The notes beneath the pieces are model-generated. The model did no database searches and was not told where the DNA came from. It saw only the letters and a list, made by a program, of their open reading frames with translations. A stretch of DNA of 64,000 nt from Lama glama (Eukaryota), in assembly GCA_028534125.1 (NCBI GenBank), contig CM052817.1:46378001-46442000 (forward strand), in the 5' to 3' direction. The position numbers and the translations under genes are program-made. Positions within the stretch are counted from its first letter, which is position 1. The number at the start of each line of letters is the position of its first letter. Below, piece by piece: positions 39,063 through 51,070 of this stretch.

Positions 39063-40954
39063 TTTCTGAAGCAGCATTTCTGTTTACTAGCTCCATGAGA
39101 ACATCATTCATTGGTTAACACATTTTTTTCTTCAGAAACAGGAAAAAAAAGGATATTTATCCACTTACTCTGGTGTTACATCTGCAGAAATTCTACCAAG
39201 AAGATATAAATGATTACGACATAGCTTTAGTTCTGTGTTTTCTGCCTTATCTTTCCAAGGCAGCATCCTTGTGATTTGCCCTGGATCTTAATGGTCTTAA
39301 ATTCCCTCCCTCTTCTCATCCCACAGGACAACCTTACAGTTTCCTAGGTTGACTCAGTTCAATTTTTGGTTGATGTAATTAAGCTGATGATCTATTAGAT
39401 TTGCTTAATACTAAACTACATATTAAAGTAAGTTATTACACTCTAAGACGATTCTGTTATACAACTGTATGACATCCTATTTCCATCTTAAATGCATACT
39501 TACTTCAGATCTTATAATAAATGAAAATTTCCCTAAAAGAAGCATTTTAGTTTTGAAGACTAAAGATAAACAGCCTTACTTTATGCTGAGATCCAAGGTC
39601 GTGGATGACTAAAAATAGGGAGGAAATTTAAAGCCTTTGGGATGCAAAATGTTGAGCAATCAAGAGATCAGAGTGCTGATAAGTTAATAAAGAAATATAC
39701 TAATGTCATTAAGGATGATATGAAAGGAAGAAGCAGAGAGAAAAACAGTGATCAAATGTCAAAGTCAACCAGGAAGTTAAATGGACTATAGGGTGGCAGG
39801 GGACATCGTGGAGAAGGCAGAATCTGCGAAGAGAATCCGAGCCTAACGGGGAAATCTCTCATCTACTGTATGAGTTCAGGAGATAATCCTTCCTACATAA
39901 TGGAAATTTTATTACCTCTCCTCCCATTATCCCCAGCACAAGCAGCCAATCACCTGTCTGAATGTAATGCTTTAGTCTCCAGAATAAATAGAGAAAGCAG
40001 CTCATACCGGTCCTAAGTTAGCATAAGTAAGTTAGCATAAGTAGGTGCTATTTTCAAAGAAAATTCTGCAGGATGTCTGAGCTCACGATGATACCAAGGG
40101 CTCATCCTGAAACTCATAGAATGTGATATTCTTTGTGTGGTCATCAGTTAGGGGATCTACAATACAAGGAGAGTGACATGTAACTATACAGATACACAGG
40201 ATTACTCACTTGTGGTCCCATGTAAGGGAAAAAAAAAACCCTAAAGAATAAAGAAAAAGCCCATGTATTTGATAAGTTGAAAATTAATAATGGCCATTAT
40301 TAATTACATGTATTAGCTCTACTTCTCCCTTAATAGAACAAAGTAAGAACAAGTGGAAGCATGTAAATCCTCAGTGTTAAGTGAATTATCCAGAATGACA
40401 TAGCTGTGGATCTGGAATACTAAACCACACAGCTCAAGGAATTAAAACCCAAGCTCTTCCCAGCACATTATACCAAGTGCCAAGGTGACTCTCAGGTGAA
40501 TCATAGCCTCCACATACCTTCATTTTGTTTCTTTTTTATTTTTTAATTAAAAATCTACAGAATTTAGTTTTTCCATTATAAGTGATCACCATTTTAAGTT
40601 CTTCCATTGTAAGTGGTCTTACTCACTGCAATGACTTAAAAAAAAAAACTATGTTTTTTTTCAGAAGTTAATCCAAATACACTCCCATTATCACCTTCCT
40701 ATCTTTATTGTATCTTCTCCATTCACCAATTTTTGAATTTTATTTGGAGTTTAATTTCTAGAAATATTGTGCTCCCAATTTTTTTTCAAGGTGGGGGGAA
40801 TTTTTTCTTAAAATTTCCTTCATCAAATGGCTCTGTTGCCTGCCTTGCTGGTCTGTGTAAGGCAGCATCTAGCAATTTTATATCACCTTTTTATCCGATA
40901 GAGATATTCACAAGTAGGTCAACTTGGATATCATGTTAAATAGAACATTTGAAC

Positions 40955-41128
40955 CAATGGTTCTCAAACTGGGGAGTGCATCAGAATCACCTGGAGGGCT
41001 TGTTAAAATACAGACTTTGGGGCCCATCCCCAGAATTTCTTAGGTGTGGCCTGAGAATTAGAATTTCTAACAAGTTGCTAGGTAAGGATAATTCTCTTGC
41101 TCTTGGAACCACACTTTCAGATTTTCTG
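40955..41128 (+). mobile_element. MER5A (hAT-Charlie) MITE
   Basis: caatggttctcaaact...catcagaatcacctggagggcttgttaaaatacaga...accacacttt. Confidence 0.8.
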
Positions 41129-41261
41129 GTACAAGCTTATTCTAGCCTTATTGTAATTTTATTCTAATCTACAGCAGAGTTTGTATATATTTCTAAATAT
41201 ATCTTTAATTAAAAGAAAAGACAGACACTATAAATATGAGAATCCTTGGAATTAATTATAC

Positions 41262-41346
41262 CTGCTCATAATCTTTTTGATAATAGTTAATCACTCATTT
41301 GGCCTCAGGATACAAACAAATTAATTTTCCACTTTTCAATGTGACT
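41262..41346 (-). pseudogene. CXCL15: CXCL15-like pseudogene exon 3
   Basis: Polypyrimidine tract tcttttcttttcag, then GTC ACA TTG AAA AGT GGA AAA TTA ATT TGT TTG TAT CCT GAG GCC AAA TGA GTG...AGC AG|gtataa; Trp to stop, +1 frameshift, apparent 2-nt loss at the acceptor. Confidence 0.85.
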
Positions 41347-41899
41347 GAAAAGAAAAGAGTATTTTGGTTAAATAATAACTGTATTTATTTTAATAATACT
41401 TTACATTTATTCATTAAAATTTCTGTAACATGAAATTCATATGCTTGAACACACAGATTTCTCGAACTACATTAATCATGTTATTAGAATATAACTTTTA
41501 CTCATATCAGTGCATGTGACAAATTTTTAAAAAATCAACTAGAAGATAAAAATCTTTTCTTAGAGTCTTTTGAGATACTCAACCAATCAGTGAACATTTA
41601 TTAGACTCACAATGTATAAGGTATATTGACAGATTCCAGAAAATCTGTATATGGAGAGGATCTTCTAGGCTGCCAGTTATCAATCACTTACTATATATGC
41701 TTTATCATTATATTTCTGCTAATTTGGTTAGCTTTCAGGATCTCATTAAAGCTTCATTTACTACTGGAAGAGAGAAGGAGAGCATAAATTCTTTATTTGA
41801 ATTAATTCTGTAGTTTTCAACTGTACTTAACAAAATCACAAAGCTCCATTCCTTTGAAGTTCATTACATGAGGACCAGCTCATAATAAAAATTATAATG

Positions 41900-44100
41900 A
41901 TAACATAATAATAACTCCTTAGCAAATCATCAATACAAGGATGGCCACAGAACATCACGCATAATAGTGAAAACTTGAAATATTCCTTTTAGATGAAGAT
42001 ACAAGACAAGGGTGCCTGCTATGAACAAAACTAGAAAGATAAGAGTTATAAGATTTCCAAAGGAGGACACTAAACTGCCATTGTTCCCAAATGATGTGAT
42101 TATGTGAGTGAAGGGTTGATGGTTACAAACCTATACAAAATTTTATGTCTAAATGTTAATGCCAGCTGGAATATGAAATTTTATGCTATCCTTTACAATA
42201 GCATCAAAACAATAAAGTGACTATAAATGAGTTTTTATAATTAAAAAAAGAAAGATCTTTATAGATAAAATTATAAGAGGTTGTTTGAAGACATTACATA
42301 AGGTCTCAATAAGCTGGGAACTTTCTATAATCTTGAAATAGAAAACTCAGAATCCTAAAGATGTCAATAATTCACAAATTAATCTATAATTTCAAAGAAA
42401 TTCCACACAAAATTATAATTTAACTAGTGCAAATTGCAAGATGCTTCTAAGATTTATATGGAAGTGCAAAAGTCCAAGGAAGGAAAAGCCACTTTAAAGA
42501 AAATGGGGAAATTTTTTTTATGTTAAGAAGTATTACAAAAATAATGAAGATGGTATACAAGTATAGACAAATTGATTAATGGGACAGAATAGGGAGATCA
42601 GAACAATCCCTAAAAATTGAGGGGAACTCAGTTTCCAGCAGAAGTAGGATTGTAGATCAGTGGGAAAATGATATTTTAATATGTAGTGTTGGAACAATTG
42701 ATGAACCATATAGAAAAATAAAATAAAATTGGATAATTCCCTCAAATCACATATAAAAATCAATTCCATGTGGATTAAAGCCTTAAATACAGAGGGGAAA
42801 AGCATAAAAATTTTAGGAGACAATACAGAAGAATATTTTTTATGAATTCTGTGAAGGAAAGTTTTTTTGAAATAAGAAACTAACAGTGCTAATTAGAAAA
42901 AAGCATATTGCTAATCTCAAGTCTATTAAAAGCACAAGCTTCTATTAATTGAAAAGACATCACAGAAGGAATGAAAATATAAACCACAAGTTGGAAAATG
43001 AGTTTTGCTATCCATGAATCTGATGAGGGATTAATATCCAGAATATGTAAAGAATACCTGTGAGGCAACAGGGGAAAAAATAGTATTCAAATAGGAAAAG
43101 AAGCAAAGAAATTAATGAGAATTTTACAAAAGAGGAAACACAAATGCTTATAAATACATGAAAAAAATTCAACCTCATTAATAATAGAGAAACGGAAATT
43201 AAAAGATACCATTACATACCCTTCAGATTAACAATACCAGGTATTGGCCAGTACGAGAAGCAACAGATGATTTCATGTAGAATGGAGTGTCAGTTGGTAC
43301 AACTACTTTGTAATAGACTATGGCATCACCTAGTAAGGCTGAGGATGTGCAAACCCTAAACCCAGCAAGTAATTCCCAGAGAAACTTTCATAGACATGAC
43401 CTAGGAGACAGATAACAAACATTGATAATATCAAAAATCCGGAAAGAATCCAAATGTGCACCCATGATGGATTAGATAAATAAACATATTTACTGATTTA
43501 GTATTCCTTAAGTTGAATAGACTATAGCTGAACACATCAAAATTCATGTATTACAGAATATAATATTGAATAACAGAAGCAAGTCACAGAAAAAAACATT
43601 TAGCATGATTCCACTGACCTGAAGTTCAAAAGCAGGCTGTCCTAGTCCATTCCAGCTGCTCTAGCTTAGATACCATAGGCTGGTGACTTAAACAGCAAAC
43701 ACTCACAGTTTTGAAGACTGGGAACTTGAAGATCAAAAAGTGTTGGCACACTTGGTGTCTGGCAAGGACTCACTTTCTGGTTTATAGATGGCCGTTTTCT
43801 TGCAGGGTCCTCACGTGGTAGACATGGGAGAGAGCTCTCCGGGATCTCTTTTAGAAGGGCACAAATTCCATCGATGAGGGCTCCAACTAATCAGTTCCCA
43901 AAGGCCCCAACACAATGAGGAATAGGATTTCAACATATGCATTTAGAGGGGAAGAACACCTTCAGTCCATAACACAGGCAAGATAAATAATAGTTGTTTT
44001 GGGTTCCATACATAGGTGGTAAAACTATTTTTAAAAAACAAGAAATAACACAGTTTAAAATGATAGTCACTTCTTGGAGGGGGTGGATCTATGAGTTAGG
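41900..44100 (+). mobile_element. Degenerate ancient L1 (L1ME-like) with a nested MLT1 LTR (about 43648-43975, minus)
   Basis: Decayed ORF2 text (acaagacaagggtgcctgcta; aattccatgtggattaaag); the LTR has 'cataggctggtgacttaaacagc...gaaggg...acaaattcca'. Confidence 0.6.
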
Positions 44101-44103
44101 AGG

Positions 44104-45445
44104 TGTGCTAGTTTGCCAGGGTGGCCATAACAATATACCATAGCCTGAATGGCTTAAACAACAGAAATTCGTTGCCTTACAGTTATAAGGCGAGAGGTTC
44201 AAGGTCGAAGTGTTGGCAGATTTGGTTTCTTCTGAGGCCTCTTGCCTTGACTCACAGACGGCCACCTTCTCGCTGTCTTCACAGGGTCTTTTACCTGTGT
44301 GTGCACATCCCCGGTGTCTCTCCCTCTTCTTAGAAGGACACCAGTCATATTGGATTAGAGCCCCCCTTATGACCTCATTTAACCTTAATTAGGTCTTTAA
44401 AGACCCTACCTGCAGTCACGTTCTGAGGTATCAAAGGTTAAGACTTTAACACATGAACTGAGGAAAGACAATTCAGCTCATAATATGTATCTCACATATG
44501 GAGGCTTTTGATGTACTAATTATGTCCTAGATTTTTGCCTGGGAAGCAGGTGAGCAGGTATTTATTCTATTACCAATCTTTAAGTCATAGATATGTATAT
44601 GAATTCATATACTCTTTTGTATGTGTGCTAGGTGGAATCCTAAAAAGGCTCACCAAGTTTCCCTCCCTAATCCCCAGGAGTATGAATATGATGAGATATT
44701 ACAACCATGATTGTCACATCACTTGGCAAAAGGGATTTTACAGATATAATTAAGGTTACTAATCAGTTAACTAAATTAACCCAAAGAATAATTATTTAGG
44801 TGGGCCTAAATAATTATTTGCATGGTCCCTAAAAGCAGAGAATGTTCTCTGCTGGTAGCAGAAGAGAAAAAGTCAGAAATATTTGAAGCATGAGATCCAT
44901 TCAATGCAAAGCAGATATGAAAGAAACCTCTCAGAGCTGAGAGTAACCCTGAGCCAACAGTCAGTAAGAATGTGGATACATCAATCCTACAGCTGCAAAG
45001 AAGTGAATTCAGGCAACAACATAAGTAACCTTGGAAATGGATTCCTCCCTAAAGCCTCCAAGTGAGACTCCAGCCCAGCTGACACCTTAACTTTAGTCTT
45101 ATGAAACCCTAAGCAGTCCTTACTACAATAAGTAAATAAACAAACAAACAAACAACAACAACAATAATAAAGTGATGGGATGGAGTTGTTTGCTAACGCC
45201 ATGGTGGTAATCATATTGCAAAATATAAACGTATCAAACCCACAAGTTCTACACCTTAAACTTATACAATGTTTTATGTCAATTGTATTCAATTAAAAAA
45301 AGAAAAAAAAGGAACCATAAGCAGACAATATCATCAAGCCACCTGTACTGCTGACCTACAGAACTATGAGATAATAAATAGGTTTGTTTTAAGCCACTAA
45401 ATTGCAGGGATTTTTTTTACTTAACAGTGAACAGCTAAAATGTAT
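44104..45445. mobile_element. Cluster of MaLR LTRs (MLT1C/D-like; 44104-44485 minus, about 44620-45445 plus with a short L1 insert)
   Basis: MLT1 motifs 'ggcttaaacaacagaaatt', 'cacttggcaaaagggattttacagat', 'ccagctgacacctt', 'ttttaagccactaaatt'. Confidence 0.65.
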
Positions 45446-45894
45446 GTATAATACAGTTCACAACAAAAAGTTTCCATGAAATGCAAAAGTGTTCCCCACA
45501 GCTTCTAAGCTCTGTATTTGTAGGCTGATGTTTAGAAAGTTATTATCAGCCTCTGGAGTCACCAGGTGTATTGAACTTATTATATATCTAACTGTGTAAT
45601 AGAGAGATTTCCAGACAATCAAGAATTACTCATGATTCTTTACTAAGGACCATACATCTTTGTTTATTGTATGTGTTCATTAAATTCAAAGTTCAATCAG
45701 AATTCACTTCCTAACCATGTTCCCAGTTGAGGACCTATTTTTTTTTGGAAGGGTACATGGTATTTTCAGAAATGAGAGCGTAAACACTGGGCAATTGTCT
45801 TCCCATACTGTGCAGGAATAATGCTCAGAGCCTTGGTCTCCTGTACTCTCAATCTAGCACATTTTATAAGAAAACACCAGCTTTGAAAAGCCCA

Positions 45895-46985
45895 TGACTG
45901 CAAAAGATTTGAATAGACATTTTTCTAAAGAAGATATACAAATAGTCCACAGGCATGTGAAAAAATGCTCAACATCATTAGTCATTAGGAAAATGCAAAT
46001 CAAAACCACAGTGAGATATCACCTGTTAGAACGGCTATCATCAAAAAGATAAGAGCTAACAAATGCTGGCAAGGATGTGAAGAAGAGAACCCTCGTGTAC
46101 TTTTGGTGGGAATGTAAATTGGTGCAGCCCCTATGGAAAACAGTATATGAAGGATCCTCAAAAAATTAAAAATAGAAGTATCATTTCTGAGAATATAACC
46201 TAAAGAAATGAAAACACTAACTTAAAACTAACCTTCATATTCACAGCAGTGTTATTTACAATAGCCAAGACATGAAACAATGTAACTGTCCAGCCAGGGA
46301 TCAATGAATAAAGAAGTTGTGGTAAATGTATATACAGTAAAATATTATTCAGCCATAAATAATGAGGAAATTCCACTATTTGCAACAACAGGAATGGACC
46401 TTGTGGGCATTATGCTAAGTGAAATAAGTCCAAGAAAGACAAATACTGTATAATCTCACTTATATATGGAATCTAATTTAAAAAAACAGTCATAGAGAAA
46501 GAAATCATTTATATGGTTACCAGAGGCAGGGAATAGGGGTAAGGGAATTGGATAAAGTTGGTCAAAAGGTACAAACATCCAGTTATAAGGTAAATAAGTA
46601 CTGAGAATATACTGTCTGAGCGGAGGGCATAGCTCAGTGGTAGAGTGCGTGCTTAGTATACATGAGAGGTCTTAGGTTCAGTCCCCAGTACCTCCATTAA
46701 AAAAAGATTTTAAAAAACGATGATAGAGTTAACACTGATGTATGATATGTACAAAAGCTGTTAAGAGAGTAGATCTTGAGTTCTCATCACAAGGAAAGTT
46801 ATTTTTCATTTTTTGCTTTTTCTTTTTATTGTATCTATAAGAGATGATAGATGCTAACTAAACTTACTGCAGTAATCTTTTCACAATACATGTAATTCAA
46901 ACCATTATGCTGTATACCTTAAACTTATACAGTGATATATGTCAATTATATTTCAGTAAAACTGGAGGGAAAGTTTTTTAAAAAA
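45895..46985 (+). mobile_element. L1MA-like 3' end in CXCL15 pseudogene intron 2, with a nested camelid SINE (46618-46717)
   Basis: L1 ORF2 end and 3'UTR; perfect 10-bp TSD GAAAAGCCCA (45885-94 / 46986-95). Confidence 0.85.
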
Positions 46986-47038
46986 GAAAAGCCCAGTATT
47001 AGAAGCTTTCATTCTCCCCCGACATCTTTATTACTTAC

Positions 47039-47167
47039 ATGATTGTTTTGCTGTTACAATAACCACCTTCAGCTATCACCTGGACATTTGTGCTGAATTT
47101 GGGAGAAATAAAGTCAGAATGTGTCTGAATACACTGACATCACAAATCTTAGCTCTCACAGTATCAG
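47039..47167 (-). pseudogene. CXCL15: CXCL15-like pseudogene exon 2 (CXC motif)
   Basis: Canonical ttttctcacacag| acceptor and |gtaagt donor; 129 nt; TGT CAG TGT (CQC) retained; upstream codons TAA GAT TTG TGA correspond to Q-E-L-R with two nonsense changes. Confidence 0.9.
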
Positions 47168-47819
47168 CTGTGTGAGAAAAAAATATAGCAAACACTAAGA
47201 ACAAAGACAGCTATGAAGCTTAATTCTTTAACTGAAGTTTGAAATCGTGCAGCAGGACACTCAACTGACAAAACAAGTGCTGTTAGAAATATTTAGGGGG
47301 ACAGTCACACAAATCTAATCATCTGGTATTATGGTCAATGAACCTCTACGAAGCACCTACTGTGTTTGAGAAATGGGAAGGACTCTAGATGAATAATTTA
47401 TTGCTTAAAAGTATGTATGGTCAATAAGACAACTTACTTAATGGTTAAATCAACTTGATTTCTGTCAGTAAAACATTGTAAACACAAAGATTTTATGTGA
47501 ATTCTATCAGCTGAACGTGACAGTTTCTATCCACCTACCGTCACCCCCTAAACCTATTTGTAATAATGCTCCACTGTCTCTGTAAGGAAAGCTCAGGCCC
47601 TTACAATCAGATATTTGTAGGCAGTTCAACAGATTTTAAAAATTTAACTCAGTAAGAATTTTTTGATATTCGACCATCTAAATATGTGTTCTTTTCAGGT
47701 TTTAATTTTATAGTTTCTACATTTTGCCTTAATACCAGATTCAATCTCATGGGATATGGAAACTTTTCTGAATTTTTTTGGTGCCTAAAAGCAAAAGATA
47801 AAAGCCACGATTGCCTCTC

Positions 47820-47876
47820 CAAAGATGCCAGGACAAGGACAGCCAGCAGAAGCATGTGAGAGCTCTCAGCAGCCGT
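47820..47876 (-). pseudogene. CXCL15: CXCL15-like pseudogene exon 1 (signal peptide)
   Basis: ACG GCT GCT GAG AGC TCT CAC ATG CTT CTG CTG GCT GTC CTT GTC CT- GGC ATC TTT G|gagagg; ATG to ACG, 1-nt deletion, donor apparently gt to ga; CATAAA TATA-like box at 47937-47942. Confidence 0.85.
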
Positions 47877-48439
47877 GTCTGTGCCTGATCTGGATCCTTG
47901 TCTGAAAGGTGGACTCAGCGAGCGCTGCAGCCCTCGTTTATGTGCTCTCTGTGACCCTCCTATTTTGGGTTGTTCTTGCACTCTTTTCCCGCTGAAGGAT
48001 AAAAGGAACAGCTTATCAAGTGGCATGTGTGTCACTTGCAAGCCAACAAGGAAGCTGGATCTGTTTTTCAAGCTTTGTTTTAATTGGGGGTTTGGGGACG
48101 GATAAGATGAATTTGTTGAACAGAGACATGAACCCATTATTTCCTAGGGGTGAAACTGCTTAATTGTGAAGGGTGCAGTGCCAGTTGCAGTTAGTAACTC
48201 ACAGAAAGGAATCATAACAATGCCTATTCATCTTTCCAAAGGTCATGTTTGTAGAATGTATGGAATCAAGATGCTTTTCCTTAGAAAGTATTTGCTTTTG
48301 GCTTTTGTGCCCATCTATATAATCCCACTCAAGGTTATAACAGAAACTCTCAAGCTCTAACTATACTTACAGTATAGATAACTACAAAGAATCTGAATGA
48401 AGTTCAGATTACAACAACCCTTGTCCTGTCAAGATCTAC

Positions 48440-48633
48440 TGACAGGAATATGCAGAATAGATAAACAAGATTATACTGTATAACACAGGGAAATATATAG
48501 CTCACAGCGAAAAAAAATGTGACAATGAATGCATGTATGTTCATGTATAACTGAAAAATTGTGCTCTACACTGGAATTTGGCACAACATTGCAAAATAAC
48601 TATAACTCAATAAAAATGTTAAAAATAAAAAAG
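48440..48633 (+). mobile_element. Short 3' end of camelid L1
   Basis: gaatagataaacaagattatactgta...tgtgctctacactggaatttg...caataaaaatgttaaaaa, the reverse complement of the L1 ends at 22221 and 23487. Confidence 0.85.
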
Positions 48634-48824
48634 AACAGCGAACTACAGTTTACTTGTGATTTGAAGGCAGCAGTTTCAGTGGACTTGTAGCTGGATTAAC
48701 TAACAGTGGACTATGAGCTTTAGTTTGTTTTCTTAAGCAGTTTTATAAGTGACTTGAATTCTTCTATGCTGACCACATTTTTTTTTTTTTTTTTGGTTTT
48801 AGTAAACCAAACACCAAACCATTT

Positions 48825-49960
48825 TTACTAGTTTCCTAGAACAGCCATAACACAGTACCACAGACTGGGTGGGTTAAACAATGGAAAAGTTTTGTCTCAC
48901 AGTTCTGGATGCCAGAAGCCCAAAATCGCGGTGTTGGCAAGGTCGGTTCTTTCTTAGAGCTGTGAGGGAAGAAACCATCCAACTCTCTGACTTGTAGAAG
49001 ATCATCTTCATCTCCACACACTGTTCTCCCCGTGTGCATGGCTGTCTCCACCTTTTCCCTTTTCATGGGGACACGAGTCATATTGGATAACGCACCTTGC
49101 TTTAGTGTGACTACCTCTGTAAAGACCCTATCTGCAAATGAAGTACTGGGGGTTAGAAGTTTAATCTATGAATTTGGGGCTGGAGGTGCAGGTGGGGGAC
49201 ACAATTCAACACAGAAGAATCAGTGATTACTGAGGGTTGATGTATTCTGAAAGTAAACCTAGTCTAAATAATAAGAATGTCTTTTCTTTTGCCATTTCTC
49301 ATTCAACATCTATTACCTGCAAGGGCCTTTGCTGGACATTGGGTATATAAAGAGTAAAAACTGAGTTTCTGCTCTTGAGAAATTCATAGACTGTGTAGAG
49401 AAGCAAACTTGTAAGTGCATTAAACTAGATGGTGACCTGTGCTATACCCGAGCAGTATACATCTATCCAAGACACCCTGGGACAGAGGTGGGAGAATCTC
49501 CCCCAGGGAGCCAGGGGAGACTTTCCAGAGGAGGTAACATTGGAGTTGTTAAAGATGAAAGGAAGCTCAACATAACAAAAGGCTGGCAAACATTTCAGAC
49601 AGAGAAATGCCCAAAGAGGCATAGCTTTGTGAAGAGTTGCTGCGGTCTGAATGTTTACCATTCCCCGAAAATCCCACATGCTGGAACCCTACCCCCTAAT
49701 GTGATGGTATTAGGAGGTGGGGGTCTTTGAGAGGTGATTGGTTATGAGGGTGAAGCCCTCATGAATGGGATTAGTGTCCTTATAAAAGAGACCCCAGAGA
49801 GTTCCCTGTGAGAATACAACTCAGAAGAGGGACTTCACCCAGCCATGCTGGCTTTCTGCTCTGGACTTCCAGCTTTAAGAATCGTGTAAAATGGCTCTCT
49901 GCTGTGTATAAGCCACCCATTCTGTGGTATTTTGTTATAACAGTCTTGGCATATTGAGAA
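48825..49960. mobile_element. Two MaLR LTRs (48825-49215 minus; 49638-49960 plus)
   Basis: 'cagtaccacagactgggtgggttaaacaa' and 'tgctgcggtctgaatgttt...ctgtggtattttgttataacag'. Confidence 0.7.
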
Positions 49961-50759
49961 AGGGGGAAATAAATTTAGTTCAATCTTAAAATAAAATAAA
50001 TGTTAATAACTTGACAACATTCAGTTGACTGGTCAAATCCTGGCCTTTATACAAACCAAAATGCTGAAAATAAGTTAGAAATATTATTCAGACACAACTT
50101 TAATTTCTTTGAGTCTCATTTTTCTTCTATACCAAGGAGAGGTCACGAAATTCTGTTATCAACCTGTATAGATATTAGGGTGATAATCAGGAAGTATACA
50201 AAGATAAGATAATCAAATGTTGAAAACTCAAAATACTTTAGTTTTCCAGAACTTCAAAGACAGGCTTAGGACATCATGACAGTCAATAAAGAGTTTGTTA
50301 AAGAACATAGAGCTCCAGAAATCAGCATTGAACTGTCATTGAGTCTCTTTGTTCATACTAAACCACATATCTACAGGGTGAAACTCCATAGGGTCAGGCA
50401 AAGAACGGGCATAGATGTTCAGGCTGAGCAATTCTCAGACTTCTGTGGGGTAGAGAGATACTTGAAGTCTGACTTGTTAGAGTGGAGAGAACTTGTGAGC
50501 ACTCAGGGCATTTAGCAGAGACACAGAAGCAGTACAGCTAAACAAACCCTGGGGTAAATCTCTGTCTAGACCACCCTAACAAAGCTTGAAAACAAGCCTT
50601 AACAAGATCAAGCTGATGCTCCAGTAGCTTAGCTGCCTGCCAGAACAGAGACTAAGACTTCAAAAGAAGAAAACAAAATCTTGATGCTCAAAAACATGGT
50701 ATTCAAAATTTCCTGCATCCAATCAAAAATTACTACACATACCAAGAAGCAGAAAATCA

Positions 50760-50858
50760 GGTCAGTGGTAGAGCATGTGTTAGGCATGCACGAGGTTCTG
50801 GGTTCAATCCCCAGTGCCTCCGTTAAGGGGACAATTTTTTTTTAAATTTTTTAAAAAG
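50760..50858 (+). mobile_element. Camelid SINE (5'-truncated) inside an old L1 5' region
   Basis: tcagtggtagagcatgtgttaggcatgcacgaggttctgggttcaatccccagtgcctcc. Confidence 0.8.
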
Positions 50859-51024
50859 AAATCATAATCCCTAACCAGGAGGAAAATTCAGTCAATAGAA
50901 ATAAACTCAGAAATAACAAAATGATAGACTTAGTAGATAAGGATTTTAAAATAATAAGATAGCCATTATAAATAAGCTAAGGGGTTTAAAAGGAAATGCA
51001 AATGTAATGAAGAGAGAAGTGGAA

Positions 51025-51025
51025 A

Positions 51026-51070
<45 letters not shown>
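51025..51070 (+). repeat. Compound (GT)n(AT)n microsatellite
   Basis: Direct reading of the sequence. Confidence 0.95.

Larger units (their letters stand above)
41262..47876 (-). pseudogene. CXCL15: Unprocessed CXCL15 (lungkine)-like pseudogene, exons 1-3
   Basis: Exon 1 (T)AAESSHMLLLAVLVL/GIF, exon 2 CES*DL*CQCIQTHSDFISPKFSTNVQVIAEGGYCNSKTII, exon 3 VTLKSGKLICLYPEAK*VI/TIIKKIMS; matches mouse Cxcl15 MAAQGWSMLLLAVLNLGIF..CDTQELRCLCIQEHSEFI...YCNRKEVI...ICLDPDAPWV; multiple disabling lesions. Confidence 0.85.

Noticed and set aside
41692..41763. 72-nt minus-strand segment with good splice sites as CXCL15 exon 3
   Set aside because: No cysteine motif and an in-frame stop; 41262-41346 is a much better match
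47649..48137. 162-aa minus-strand ORF as a gene
   Set aside because: It runs from promoter through pseudo-exon 1 into the intron; only the MLLLAVLVL part is homologous to anything recognisable
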